Source: Candidatus Dormiibacterota bacterium (GTDB lineage: Bacteria > Chloroflexota > Dormibacteria > Aeolococcales > Aeolococcaceae). Taken from it: 64,000 nt of DNA. Shown here one piece after another: positions 39,617 to 48,785 of the stretch. The DNA is taken from positions 1,967 through 65,966 of the forward strand of contig DAISRJ010000007.1 of assembly GCA_036828955.1 (NCBI GenBank). Reading direction: 5' to 3'. The notes below the pieces were generated by a model, which did not search any database, had not been told where the DNA came from, and saw only the letters and a list, made by a program, of their open reading frames with translations. Made by a program: the position numbers and the translations under genes. Every line of letters begins with the position of its first letter. Positions within the stretch are counted from its first letter, which is position 1.

Positions 39617-40220
39617 CGGGTCCTGCGGGCGGCGCTCCGCCGGCCCGTGCACGCATCGATGCCTTCCACGCGCGCTTGCCGGCCTGGTACCGCTCGCGCT
39701 CGGCAACGGTGTGCACGTCGGCAAGAGTGGGGTAGTCGGGGATGAGCTCGGCCCAGCCAGGCGGGTTGACGGCGTACTGCTTGGCAAGGACGCCGAGCAC
39801 GATGCGAGCCTTCATCTCGCCGAACCCCGGGAGAGCGCGCAACCTGCGGAGCAGCTCCGCCGCATCGGGGACGTCGCTCCAGATCGCCGCGGCGTCGTTG
39901 CCGTACTCGCCGGCGACGATGGCGCAGAGCGCGTGCACCCGTGCCGCCATGCTTGCCGGGAAACGATGGATCGCAGGGCGCTGCCGGAACGCTGCTTCGA
40001 ACCGGCCGGCATCGATCGCGGCCAGCTCACGCGCATCGAAGGTGCCGAGCCGATCGCGGATGTCAAGCGGGCCGAGGAACGCCTTCTCAACAGTGATCTG
40101 CTGGTCGAGACAGAAGCCGATCAGCAGGGCCAGGGGGTCCGCGGCGAGCAGTGAATCCGCCTCCGGGTTCCCTGTCCACTCCATGCGTCGCGTGGTCCGA
40201 CGCGCCACCTTCGTTGTCAT
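39603..40220 (-). CDS. HhH-GPD-type base excision repair family protein
   Basis: LRALPGFGEMKARIVLGVL helix-hairpin-helix. The N-terminal region resembles the uncharacterised HhH-GPD family. ATG at 40220. Overlaps the MBL gene start by 14 nt. Confidence 0.75.
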   Translation of the reverse strand: MTTKVARRTTRRMEWTGNPEADSLLAADPLALLIGFCLDQQITVEKAFLGPLDIRDRLGTFDARELAAIDAGRFEAAFRQRPAIHRFPASMAARVHALCAIVAGEYGNDAAAIWSDVPDAAELLRRLRALPGFGEMKARIVLGVLAKQYAVNPPGWAELIPDYPTLADVHTVAERERYQAGKRAWKASMRARAGGAPPAGPDGTG

Positions 40221-40303
40221 GACGCGCAGCCTAGCGCCCCGGGCCGGACCTCCGACACCCGTCGCCCGCGGAGAAGGCACTGGCCGGGCGCTACACTCGC
40301 GCC

Positions 40304-40594
40304 ATGTCCTGGCTGGGCCGTCTGTTCAACCCCGCCGCGCCACCGTCACCACCGGCCAACGCAGTGGTCATCCCGGAGGACATCGTCGGCCAGCTGAACG
40401 GCGGCGCCGCGCCGTTGCAGGTCACTGTCGAGGAGGCTCTGCGCAGCCTCATCGAGATCCGCCGCCGCGCCGCCGAGCACGACGCCGAGGGGCTGCCGTT
40501 CTGGCTGCGGCGCGAGGCCGGCCAGAAGGGCGAGATCGACGAATCCCTGCGCGACCGCGTCACCCAACGTCGAGCCACCGAAAGCGAGAGCTGA
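40304..40594 (+). CDS. hypothetical 96-aa protein
   Basis: High GC3. The ATG lies 6 nt after TACACT (leaderless geometry). I recognise no family. Confidence 0.5.
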   Translation: MSWLGRLFNPAAPPSPPANAVVIPEDIVGQLNGGAAPLQVTVEEALRSLIEIRRRAAEHDAEGLPFWLRREAGQKGEIDESLRDRVTQRRATESES

Positions 40595-40628
40595 CCGCCG
40601 GGGTGACGCGCCACGGCGGCCGTCGACT

Positions 40629-41672
40629 GTGCGCGCGCTGACGTTCGCCGACATCGGGCGCGTCGAGATGGCCGATGTGCCGCGCCCGACCATCGAGGAG
40701 CCCGGCGACGTCATCGTGCGTGTCAGCACGACGGCGATCTGCGGCAGCGACCTGCACGTCGTCCACGGCCGCATCCCCGGGATGGCACCGGGCGGCGTGC
40801 TCGGCCACGAGTTCGCCGGTGTTGTCGAGGAGTGCGGCCCGGCGGTCCGCAACCTCATAGCGGGTGACCGCGTCCTGGCGTCGTTCACGATCCCGTGCGG
40901 CGCGTGCTGGTTCTGCGACCGGCGCCTGTTCAGTCGCTGCCCGGACCAGCGGGTGTTCGGCTACGGCATGTTCCTCGGTGACCTCAATGGCGCCCAGGCG
41001 GAGTACGTGCGCGTCCCCAACGCCGACATCTGCCTGCGCACCATCGACGCGGCGTTGAGCGACGAGACGGTGCTCTTCGCGGGCGACATCTTCACGACCG
41101 GGTACGACTGCGCCGTCGAGGCGTGCATCGTCGAGGGCGACGTCGTCGTGGTGCAGGGCTGCGGGCCGGTCGGACTCATGGCTGTGCAGGCCGCACGCGC
41201 CTTCCGGCCTTCGGTGATCTACGCCGTGGACAGCGTCGGCTCCAGGTTGGAGATGGCGCAGCATTTCGGCGCCGTCCCGATCGACGCTTCGGCTGTGCAC
41301 GTGCCAAGCCACATCCAGGACCTCACCGGCGGCCGCGGCGCCGACGTTCTCCTCGAATGCGTCGGCGCCATCCCCGCCCTGGTCGGCGCCATCGACGTCA
41401 TCCGCGCCGGCGGCCATCTCAGCATCATCGGGGTCTACTCGGAGCCGGAGATGGCGTTCCCCCTCAACCTGGCTTTCGTGAAGGGGATCGACCTCAAGTT
41501 CTGTGGCACCGCCAACATCGTCGGCCGATGGGACGACGCGCTGGCGCTGATCACATCGGGCGCCGTCGACCCTGCGGCGATCATCTCGCACCGGCTGCCG
41601 CTCGACGACGCCGTGCGCGGGTATGAGCTGTTCGCCTCCCGCGAGGCCATCAAGGTCGTGCTCACGCCGTGA
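40629..41672 (+). CDS. zinc-dependent alcohol dehydrogenase family protein
   Basis: AICGSDLHVVHG, GHEFAGVVEE and a structural-zinc Cys cluster CGACWFCDRRLFSRC. GTG start. Confidence 0.85.
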   Translation: MRALTFADIGRVEMADVPRPTIEEPGDVIVRVSTTAICGSDLHVVHGRIPGMAPGGVLGHEFAGVVEECGPAVRNLIAGDRVLASFTIPCGACWFCDRRLFSRCPDQRVFGYGMFLGDLNGAQAEYVRVPNADICLRTIDAALSDETVLFAGDIFTTGYDCAVEACIVEGDVVVVQGCGPVGLMAVQAARAFRPSVIYAVDSVGSRLEMAQHFGAVPIDASAVHVPSHIQDLTGGRGADVLLECVGAIPALVGAIDVIRAGGHLSIIGVYSEPEMAFPLNLAFVKGIDLKFCGTANIVGRWDDALALITSGAVDPAAIISHRLPLDDAVRGYELFASREAIKVVLTP

Positions 41673-41702
41673 CCCGAGTGGGCCAGGGGCGGGCTCGGTC
41701 GC

Positions 41703-43340
41703 TCAGCCGACGCTGACCGCAAGAACCCTCGTGCCCCAGTTGCGCGCTCCCGTCGTGGTCTGGCTCGACTTCGCCGGCACGTACTCGGTTGCCATCCAGA
41801 AGATCCCGGTGAGTGGATCGAGCACGGCCCAGGAGTAGTCTCCCCAGCGGGTTGCGGTGGGGTCGTATGGTCCCGTTCCGGGCGCAGCGGTGGTCACCGG
41901 GCCGAACTGCGAGTGACCGCTGTTGAGCACCGCGTACGACGCCGACGGAAAGCGGCTGGCGCTCGTCAACGTGAACACCATGGCCGCACGCCCGGAGGCA
42001 TCCGCCTGCAGGGCCGGGTAGATCACGTAGTTCCTGGCCTTCGCGACGTAACCCTGGTTGGCGACCGTGACCGCGCCGATGCTGGTGCCGGAGAGGGTGG
42101 GATGGACCTCGAACCACGCGGCGCCGTCACGCTCGACGCTGTCGCCCGCGATGGTCACGGCCGAGGTCAGCTCTCCCCAGACGTTGCCCGCGATGTACTG
42201 CGTCTGCTGCATGCGGTCGTCGCCGCCGTCGAGAAGGCTCGTCGCTCCCTTCTGCGCCGCCCCCACCGGCAGTCCGTACACCTCGGAGCCGATCACTGTC
42301 GCTGACAACTTGGGCGCATGCCCGGAGGCCACACCGGCCCGGTCGGTCATGGCCCACACCCCGATGCGATTGTCAAAGGTGCCGTTGGGATCGAACGAGT
42401 TCAGGAAGTACTCGGCCGGGGCGATCCCGCTGCTGAGAGCCGGCTCGATCGCGAACGGTGACTCGCCGCCCAGGGTCAGATGGCCGAAGTGCGCGAAATG
42501 CAGCGGCGTGGCGGCGATCAGGTCCGACTTGGAGAGCGCGTACAGCTGCCCGCCGTTGAACTGGGGGCCGAGGATCGAGAACTCGTCCGTGCTGAGGTAG
42601 ACGTTGTACTGGTCGATGCCGATGCGCGGCTGGTCCCCGAAGCAGGGGCAGCCGTTGCCGCCGGCGTGCGTCGTGTCGATCTGATACTCGGTCCAGAGGT
42701 TGGTGGGGTCGCCGCTGGTGTTGACGGCGATGTCGAGGTGGGACGAGGAGTTGTCGAGAGCGATGAAGAGAATCTCCGCGAACCAGGTGTTCGTCGCCGT
42801 GTCGTACTGGCAGCGTGGGTCGCTGGTGAACTCCTGCGCGCCTTCATTGAAGAGGTCGTTGACGTTGAACGGCCCTTCGACAGGCGTCCCACTCGTGCGA
42901 TAGACCCGGTACGCGGAGTTGACCGGCTCGACCACGAAGCCGTTGCCTTCGCAGAGCCCCTGGTCGGGCGGCTCGAACGTCGCATTGAAGTTGGTCAACT
43001 GGCTGTCCAGGCTGCTCACGCCGTTGAAGTTGGCGTGCACCGTGGACGTCGATTTGCCCGAGGTGCCGGCTGCACCGGGTGCACGCCGCGCAGACGCCGC
43101 TGCCGCGCCCGAAGAGTGGATGAAGCGCGCGCCGCGCGCTCGCGTGGTCGCCGTGCCCGCCGGGACGCTGTTGTGGGTCGCCGCTTGGTGAACCGGGCTG
43201 GCGACTCCCTGGTCAGCAGCCGCGTACGTCGTCACCGACGACGAGGCGGCCTGGGCAACGCTCGAATGGGAGGCGCCGATGACGCTGACCGAGGCAACCG
43301 CCATGACAGCCGCGAGACCGCGACGTCGAGATGTCCGCAT
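41703..43340 (-). CDS. secreted protein of unknown function (possibly beta-propeller/sialidase-like)
   Basis: The ATG at 43340 follows GGGAGA. Signal peptide MRTSRRRGLAAVMAVASVSVIGASHSSVAQA. The mature part is Gly/Thr/Ser-rich with a RWGDYS motif. The fold assignment is tentative. Confidence 0.7.
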   Translation of the reverse strand: MRTSRRRGLAAVMAVASVSVIGASHSSVAQAASSSVTTYAAADQGVASPVHQAATHNSVPAGTATTRARGARFIHSSGAAAASARRAPGAAGTSGKSTSTVHANFNGVSSLDSQLTNFNATFEPPDQGLCEGNGFVVEPVNSAYRVYRTSGTPVEGPFNVNDLFNEGAQEFTSDPRCQYDTATNTWFAEILFIALDNSSSHLDIAVNTSGDPTNLWTEYQIDTTHAGGNGCPCFGDQPRIGIDQYNVYLSTDEFSILGPQFNGGQLYALSKSDLIAATPLHFAHFGHLTLGGESPFAIEPALSSGIAPAEYFLNSFDPNGTFDNRIGVWAMTDRAGVASGHAPKLSATVIGSEVYGLPVGAAQKGATSLLDGGDDRMQQTQYIAGNVWGELTSAVTIAGDSVERDGAAWFEVHPTLSGTSIGAVTVANQGYVAKARNYVIYPALQADASGRAAMVFTLTSASRFPSASYAVLNSGHSQFGPVTTAAPGTGPYDPTATRWGDYSWAVLDPLTGIFWMATEYVPAKSSQTTTGARNWGTRVLAVSVG

Positions 43341-43500
43341 TGCAAGGATCTCCCTCTTCCGCCGGCCGCTCACCGTGCGCCGCAGTGGCTCACCCCACTG
43401 CTGCTGGCGCGGAGCATAGGTCGACGATCACACGAAACGCAACGTAGAGAGCAGAAGAAGCAACACGAGCGATCACAGCAGAACGGAAGGCCGGGTCGAT

Positions 43501-43576
43501 TGGTCCCAGGGGAAGGAGTCGAACCTTCGATACACGGTTTTACAGACCGCTGCCTTAGCCACTTGGCTACCCTGGG
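43501..43576 (-). tRNA. tRNA with anticodon GTA (Tyr) but a short variable loop and C1-G72
   Basis: The minus strand reads CCCAGGG-TA-GCCAAGTGGCTAAGGC-A-GCGGT-CTGTAAA-ACCGT-GTATC-GAAGG-TTCGACT-CCTTC-CCCTGGG-A-CCA. Cloverleaf fully paired; CCA is encoded. Confidence 0.8.
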
Positions 43577-43615
43577 GGCGCGGTCCAGATGTTCGCAAAC
43601 GCGCGCGAATGACCG

Positions 43616-44158
43616 TCACCGCCGCGCCGCCGGCAGGACCTCGCGCAGCTCCGCATGGGTCCTGTAGGCCTCGACGGTGGCCAGGATGCGCTCAGGGTCG
43701 CCGGCCAGAGAGTCGACGAAGTAGCCACCGTCGAAAGGTCGCTCGGCGGCGCGGAGGAGGGCTGCTGCCGGTTGACGGCGGGGCGGCGGAGCGCCTGGTA
43801 CGAGCCGGTAGCCGAGCACGTGGCGGTTGCCGGCGCGGGTCAGGCCGGTGGCGTCGATCGTCTCCCAGCGCGTCAGGGTGCTGAACGGGTACTGGCGCTG
43901 CAGCACTCCTTCGCGCGTCAGCTCGATGCTCGGCCGCAGGATCAGCCCGGTCGTGACCAGCGCGAACGCCGGGGCCGCGCAGATGAACCAGCCGATGGTG
44001 GCGCCGTTGAGCAGGCTGAGCACGCCGGCAACCTCGGTGATCGCCGCGAGCGGCACCACCAGGGCGGCGGGTCGGCGGGCCCGAAACACCACCCGGCCTC
44101 CTTTGGCGGCCGGCAGTCCGGGGGCCTGGTCGGCTGCAATGGGGTCGACAGGGCTCAT
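43616..44158 (-). CDS. membrane protein of unknown function (two TM helices plus a PH-like soluble domain, tentative)
   Basis: ATG at 44158 (MSPVDPIAADQ...). Hydrophobic pair LVVPLAAITEVAGVLSLL / WFICAAPAFALVTTGLIL. High GC3. The longer ORF was rejected. Confidence 0.55.
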   Translation of the reverse strand: MSPVDPIAADQAPGLPAAKGGRVVFRARRPAALVVPLAAITEVAGVLSLLNGATIGWFICAAPAFALVTTGLILRPSIELTREGVLQRQYPFSTLTRWETIDATGLTRAGNRHVLGYRLVPGAPPPRRQPAAALLRAAERPFDGGYFVDSLAGDPERILATVEAYRTHAELREVLPAARR

Positions 44159-44210
44159 GCGGCGATGGTACGCAGAGCCCGGCGCGGGGTCGCTCTGCGA
44201 TGGTGACGTC

Positions 44211-44438
44211 GTGCCTCTCGTCGCGCTGTCGGTGGTCGAGCTCCTCCAGGGGATTGGACTGGCGGTGGCCGGTTTCGTGGTGGTGGCCCTCGTCTGCGCC
44301 GGCATCCTCGCCGTGCTCCACGTGGTGCTTCCGTCGACCGACGCCGGCGCCGAGGCCGTCGATCGGGTCAACGAGCTGAGGCGTGAGGCGGACGCCGAGC
44401 CCACCGAGGACCGGGTCGACACCGAGGTCGATGCATAA
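44211..44438 (+). CDS. possible 75-aa small membrane protein
   Basis: The GTG-started frame has high GC3, one long hydrophobic helix (GLAVAGFVVVALVCAGILAVL) and an acidic tail, and ends in TAA. The start is uncertain; the ATG at 44157 would abut the divergent gene. Confidence 0.3.
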   Translation: MPLVALSVVELLQGIGLAVAGFVVVALVCAGILAVLHVVLPSTDAGAEAVDRVNELRREADAEPTEDRVDTEVDA

Positions 44439-44467
44439 GGTATCCTTTATCAAAGGAAACGTTATGC
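44433..44467. promoter_or_regulatory. nested inverted repeat (candidate ArsR-type operator) overlapping the regulator start codon
   Basis: GCATAA-ggta-TCCTTT-atc-AAAGGA-aacg-TTATGC. The outer and inner 6-mers are perfect inverted repeats. The stretch is AT-rich. The last ATG of the element is the start codon at 44464. Confidence 0.45.
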
Positions 44468-44874
44468 AAGCACCACCCCGCGCTCCCGACCCGACCCGAC
44501 GCACCGCCCGCCGGGCGATCCCCGGCAGCATCGCCGCCGGCGCCAGCGACCTCTCCGTCGCCTTCGAGGGCCTGGCCAACCCCACCAGGCTGCTCATCGT
44601 CGAGAGCCTGGCGACCATCGCCGAGATGCGCGTCAGCGAACTCGCCGAGCTCTGCATGGTGTCCCAGCCGCGCATGAGCTGGCACCTGCGCATCCTGCGC
44701 AAGGCGGAGATCATCCGCACCCGCCGCGATGGCCGCGAGGTGTTCTGCCGCCTCGACCGCGATGCCATCGCGCAGCACCTTCGTGCCTTCGTCCGCCTCG
44801 TCTCCGCGCGCAACGATCCCAACAACGATGCGCTCGCCCAGAGTCTGCAGCCAATCAATGAGGGAATCTCATGA
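44464..44874 (+). CDS. ArsR/SmtB-family transcriptional regulator
   Basis: [61 protein letters not shown] is a textbook ArsR winged HTH. The stop overlaps the ino1 ATG (ATGA). Confidence 0.85.
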   Translation: MQAPPRAPDPTRRTARRAIPGSIAAGASDLSVAFEGLANPTRLLIVESLATIAEMRVSELAELCMVSQPRMSWHLRILRKAEIIRTRRDGREVFCRLDRDAIAQHLRAFVRLVSARNDPNNDALAQSLQPINEGIS

Positions 44875-46031
44875 GCAACAAGGTCAGAGTGGCCATCATC
44901 GGCGTGGGCAACTGTGCCTCGTCTCTCATCCAGGGCCTCGAGTACTACAAGAACGCCGAGCCGGGCGACGCCGTCCCCGGCCTGATGCACGTCGATCTCG
45001 GCGGGTACCACATCAGCGACATCGAGATCTCGGCGGCTTTCGACATCGACATCGAGAAGGTCGGCAAGGACGTCAGCGAGGCCATCTTCAGCGGTCAAAA
45101 CAACACCGTGAAGTTCAGTGATGTACCTCACCTGGGCGTCCCGGTGCAACGTGGCATGACCCACGACGGGCTGGGCAAGTACCTGTCCGAGGTGATCACC
45201 AAGGCCCCGGGTTCCACCGTCGACATCGTCGAGGTCCTGAAGAGCACCAGGACCGACGTCGTCGTGAACTATCTGCCGGTCGGCAGCGAGGAGGCAACCC
45301 GGTGGTACACCGAGCAGATCCTTACCGCCGGGTGCGCCATGGTCAACTGCATGCCCGTCTTCATCGCTCGGGAGGAGTACTGGCAGAAGCGCTTCGAGAA
45401 GGCGGGGACCTGCATCATCGGCGACGACATCAAGTCGCAGGTGGGGGCAACCATCATGCACCGCGTGCTCACCCGCCTCTTCCGCGATCGCGGCGTCGAG
45501 ATCGAGAACATGTACCAGCTCAACTTCGGCGGCAACACCGACTTCCTCAACATGCTGGAGCGCGAGCGCCTGCAGAGCAAGAAGATCAGCAAGACCAACG
45601 CGGTGCAGTCGCAGCTTGAGCATCCCCTGGCCGAGCGCAACATCCACGTCGGTCCCTCCGATTACGTGCCCTGGCTCAACGACCGCAAGTGGGCGTACAT
45701 CCGCATCGAGGGCAAATCATTCGGCGATGTCCCGCTCAACATGGAGCTGAAGCTCGAGGTGCACGACTCGCCGAACAGCGCGGGCGTGGTCATCGACGCG
45801 GTGCGCTGTTGCAAGCTGGGCATCGAGCGCGGGCTCACCGGTGCTCTCGAGGGCCCGTCGAGCTACTTCATGAAGTCGCCGCCGCGGCAGGTCGCCGACT
45901 CGGTGGCGCGTGAGCTCACCGAGGAGTTCATCGCCGGAGCGGTGCCGGCGCGCGAGGTCAACGGACGAGGCCGTGCAGGCCTCGCGGCCACCGAGCCGGT
46001 CGCGCAACCGGTCACACCCGTGGCTGACTGA
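44871..46031 (+). CDS. ino1: inositol-3-phosphate synthase (myo-inositol-1-phosphate synthase)
   Basis: [27 protein letters not shown]... and [10 protein letters not shown], as in the actinobacterial/archaeal Ino1 type. Confidence 0.95.
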   Translation: MSNKVRVAIIGVGNCASSLIQGLEYYKNAEPGDAVPGLMHVDLGGYHISDIEISAAFDIDIEKVGKDVSEAIFSGQNNTVKFSDVPHLGVPVQRGMTHDGLGKYLSEVITKAPGSTVDIVEVLKSTRTDVVVNYLPVGSEEATRWYTEQILTAGCAMVNCMPVFIAREEYWQKRFEKAGTCIIGDDIKSQVGATIMHRVLTRLFRDRGVEIENMYQLNFGGNTDFLNMLERERLQSKKISKTNAVQSQLEHPLAERNIHVGPSDYVPWLNDRKWAYIRIEGKSFGDVPLNMELKLEVHDSPNSAGVVIDAVRCCKLGIERGLTGALEGPSSYFMKSPPRQVADSVARELTEEFIAGAVPAREVNGRGRAGLAATEPVAQPVTPVAD

Positions 46032-46120
46032 GGCGAGGACGGAGGGTGGTCGAGGCGGCCAGGGAAGTGGTGCTTCCCGTCCGTTCGCGTCTCTTCCCCT
46101 GGCGGCGGCGTCGCGAGTCG

Positions 46121-47032
46121 ATGCTGCCGTACCACCTCTACCGGCTCGCGTCCCTGCTGGTGCGCGTGCTGCCCCGCCGTGCCAGCATCGTCCTCGCCGA
46201 TCGCGTCGCGGACACGCTGCTCCTCGCCAACCCTTCGAAGTTCGTCGCCCTCCGCGACAACCTTCGCCTGGTCATCCCTGACGCCGGCGAGCGCGAGCTC
46301 GACCACGTGGTTCGGCGCAACCTGCGCGGCCTCAGCCGCGGTTGGGTCGACGTCATGGCGATCCCGCTCGACAGCAAGGGAACCACGCGGCGGCTGCGCG
46401 AGGTCGACATCCACCACTACACCAACGCGATGGCGCGCGGCAAAGGAGTCGTGGTGGTGTCGATGCATTTCGGTGCCTGGGAAGCAGGCCTTGCAGCGTG
46501 GAATGGCGGTGGCGGCCCGCTCGCCCTGCTCGCCGAGCAATTGCGGCCGCCGGAGCTGTTCGAGGCCATCGCCGGGGCCCGTGGCGCGCTCGGTGTGAAG
46601 GTCATCCCCATCGACGTCGAGGCGATGCTGCGGGGCGACACGCAGACGGCCCGCCGCATCGGGGCAGCGGCCATGCGTGAGGTCTTCAAGCACCTCCGCA
46701 CCGGGGGCGGCATCGCCACCGCGATCGACCGCGATCTCACCGGTACCGGCACGATGATCCCCTTCTTCGGAAAGCCCGCTCCCATCCCGCTCAGCGTTGT
46801 CGAGGTGGCCCTGCGCACCGGGGCTGCGGTGGTCCCGGTCGCCCTGCTGCGCACGTCGTCGGGCGTGGACGGCCTGGTCTTCCCGGAGATGACCTACGAC
46901 GCGCAGGCGCCGCGTGAGCAGGAGGCGGAGCGCATTGCGCGCGACATCCTGGCCATTTTCGAGACGGTCATCCGCCAGCACCCCGACCAGTGGCACGTCC
47001 TCGACCCCGTCTGGCCGACGCGACCGTCGTGA
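46121..47032 (+). CDS. phosphatidylinositol mannoside acyltransferase-like LPLAT (PatA/HtrB-like)
   Basis: MHFGAWEAG (H-x4-E/D) and DRDLTGTGTMIPFFGKPAPIPLSVV. Sits between ino1 and the pimA-like gene. The ORF-track GTG at 46046 is an alternative start. Confidence 0.8.
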   Translation: MLPYHLYRLASLLVRVLPRRASIVLADRVADTLLLANPSKFVALRDNLRLVIPDAGERELDHVVRRNLRGLSRGWVDVMAIPLDSKGTTRRLREVDIHHYTNAMARGKGVVVVSMHFGAWEAGLAAWNGGGGPLALLAEQLRPPELFEAIAGARGALGVKVIPIDVEAMLRGDTQTARRIGAAAMREVFKHLRTGGGIATAIDRDLTGTGTMIPFFGKPAPIPLSVVEVALRTGAAVVPVALLRTSSGVDGLVFPEMTYDAQAPREQEAERIARDILAIFETVIRQHPDQWHVLDPVWPTRPS

Positions 47033-48198
47033 AGGTGTGCCTCGTGTCGCCGTACGACTACATGCACCCGGGCGGGGTGACCGAGCACGTCCGTCACCTC
47101 GCGGCCACGCTGCGCGAACGCGGCCACGAGGTCACCGTCCTCGCCCCCTCGAGCCGCGTCGGCGACGACCATGGCATCCCCGGGTATGTGCGCATCGGCC
47201 GCAGCGTTCCCATCAAGACCAATGGCTCCGTGGCCCGCATCGCGCTCAGCTTTCACCTCGTCCGCCGTGTGCGCGCCCTGCTCGACGACAGCGACTTCGA
47301 CGTGGTCCACTACCACGAGCCGCTGGTACCGTCGCTGCCGATCACCGTGCTGCGCTTCCACCGCGGCGCCAACGTCGCCACCTTCCACGCCAACGCACGG
47401 CGCAACCTCGGCTATTACTACGGGCGGCCATTCCTGGGTCGCTACTTCAAGCGGCTGCACGCCTGCATCGCGGTGAGCGTTCCCGCTCGCGACTTCATCT
47501 CCCGCTACTTCCCCGGTGACTACCGCATCGTCCCCAACGGCATCGACACCACCCGGTTCTGTCCCGACCATGCGGCCGTCGCCGAACTTCGCACCCCCGG
47601 GATGAAGACGCTTCTGTTCGTGGGACGCATGGAGCAGCGCAAGGGGTTCGGCATCCTCCTCGAGGCGTACGCCCAGCTGCGCCGCCGTCGCTCCGACATC
47701 CGCCTCGTGGCGGTCGGCGAGGGACCGCAGCGCGAGGGGTACGAGCGCCAGGTCGACTCCTTCGGCATCCCCGACGTGCTCTTCTGCGGTCGCATCAGCA
47801 ACGAGATGCTGCCCCGGTACTACACGTCGGCGGACATCTTCTGCAGCCCGGCGACAGGTGGAGAGAGCTTCGGCATCGTCCTCCTCGAGGCGATGGCGAG
47901 TGGTGTGCCGGTGCTGGCCTCGGCGATCCCCGGGTTCACGACCGTCATCGACGGCGGCAAGGACGGGCTGCTGGTGCCGCCCAATCAGCCGCGCGTGCTC
48001 GCCCAGGCGATCGACACGCTGATCAACGACGATGAGCTCTGCCGCAGCATGAGAGCCAACGGGCTGCGCACCGCCCAGCAGTACGACTGGCATCGCGTCA
48101 CGGACTCGATCCTCGACGTGTACGACGAAGCGCGCGGGCGTTCGCGCGTGCACATGGTGGCCGCCGGTGTTCACCGCCAGGTTTCAGGAGTGGGTTAG
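47029..48198 (+). CDS. pimA: GT4 glycosyltransferase, phosphatidyl-myo-inositol mannosyltransferase-like
   Basis: MKVCLVSPYDYMHPGGVTEHVRHLA...HEVTVLAP at the N-terminus and GESFGIVLLEAMASGVPVLAS (E-x7-E). The GTG overlaps the upstream stop (GTGA). Confidence 0.85.
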   Translation: MKVCLVSPYDYMHPGGVTEHVRHLAATLRERGHEVTVLAPSSRVGDDHGIPGYVRIGRSVPIKTNGSVARIALSFHLVRRVRALLDDSDFDVVHYHEPLVPSLPITVLRFHRGANVATFHANARRNLGYYYGRPFLGRYFKRLHACIAVSVPARDFISRYFPGDYRIVPNGIDTTRFCPDHAAVAELRTPGMKTLLFVGRMEQRKGFGILLEAYAQLRRRRSDIRLVAVGEGPQREGYERQVDSFGIPDVLFCGRISNEMLPRYYTSADIFCSPATGGESFGIVLLEAMASGVPVLASAIPGFTTVIDGGKDGLLVPPNQPRVLAQAIDTLINDDELCRSMRANGLRTAQQYDWHRVTDSILDVYDEARGRSRVHMVAAGVHRQVSGVG

Positions 48199-48775
48199 GG
48201 CCGGGGCGCGTCGCCTCGTGCCGGCGCTGCGTCTCCTCGGCCTCACTCCGAACACCCTCACCCTCGTCGGGCTGGCCATCTGCGCCGTCTCCGCCGTGCT
48301 GGTGGCGACGGGCCTGCTCATCGCCGGTGGGATCACCCTGCTCATCGCCAGCGCGTTCGACATCCTCGACGGCGCGGTCGCGAGGGTCACCGGCAAGGTG
48401 TACCGCTACGGCGCCTTCCTCGACTCGACAACCGATCGCTACGCCGAGTCGTTCACGTACATCGCCCTTCTCTGGTATTTCACCGTGCAGCAGCCGGGCC
48501 ACCATGTCATCGAGCCGATGCTCGTGATCTTCGCGCTCACAGGGTCGCTGCTCGTGTCGTACGTGCGGGCGCGCGCCCAATCGCTCGGCTTCGTCTGCGA
48601 CGGCGGCGTGTTCGCACGGCCGGAGCGGGTCGTGCTCACAGTTGTCGGGCTCCTGTTCCCGCCCATCCTCTTCGGATGCCTTGTCGCCCTGGCTGTGTTC
48701 ACCAACTTCACCGCGGTGCAGCGCATCTGGTTCGTGTGGCGCCAGTCTTTGAAGACGGCACCGGCCGACATCTGA
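48167..48775 (+). CDS. pgsA: CDP-alcohol phosphatidyltransferase (phosphatidylinositol-phosphate synthase-like)
   Basis: DILDGAVARVTGKVYRYGAFLDSTTDRYAE matches D-G-x2-A-R-x8-G-x3-D-x3-D. GTG start. Overlaps pimA by 32 nt. Confidence 0.85.
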   Translation: MFTARFQEWVRAGARRLVPALRLLGLTPNTLTLVGLAICAVSAVLVATGLLIAGGITLLIASAFDILDGAVARVTGKVYRYGAFLDSTTDRYAESFTYIALLWYFTVQQPGHHVIEPMLVIFALTGSLLVSYVRARAQSLGFVCDGGVFARPERVVLTVVGLLFPPILFGCLVALAVFTNFTAVQRIWFVWRQSLKTAPADI

Positions 48776-48785
48776 GCAGCGGCGC

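Noticed and set aside
43381-43620. tRNA flanks as an integration hot spot or genomic-island border
   Set aside because: There is no integrase, no direct repeat of the tRNA 3' end and no compositional shift visible in neighbouring genes. The hairpin GCAGTGG-N5-CCACTGC (about 43392-43410) more likely ends the tRNA transcript.
43692-45647. 651-aa minus-strand ORF across the ArsR/ino1 region
   Set aside because: It lies antisense to ino1 and ArsR, whose identities are unambiguous.
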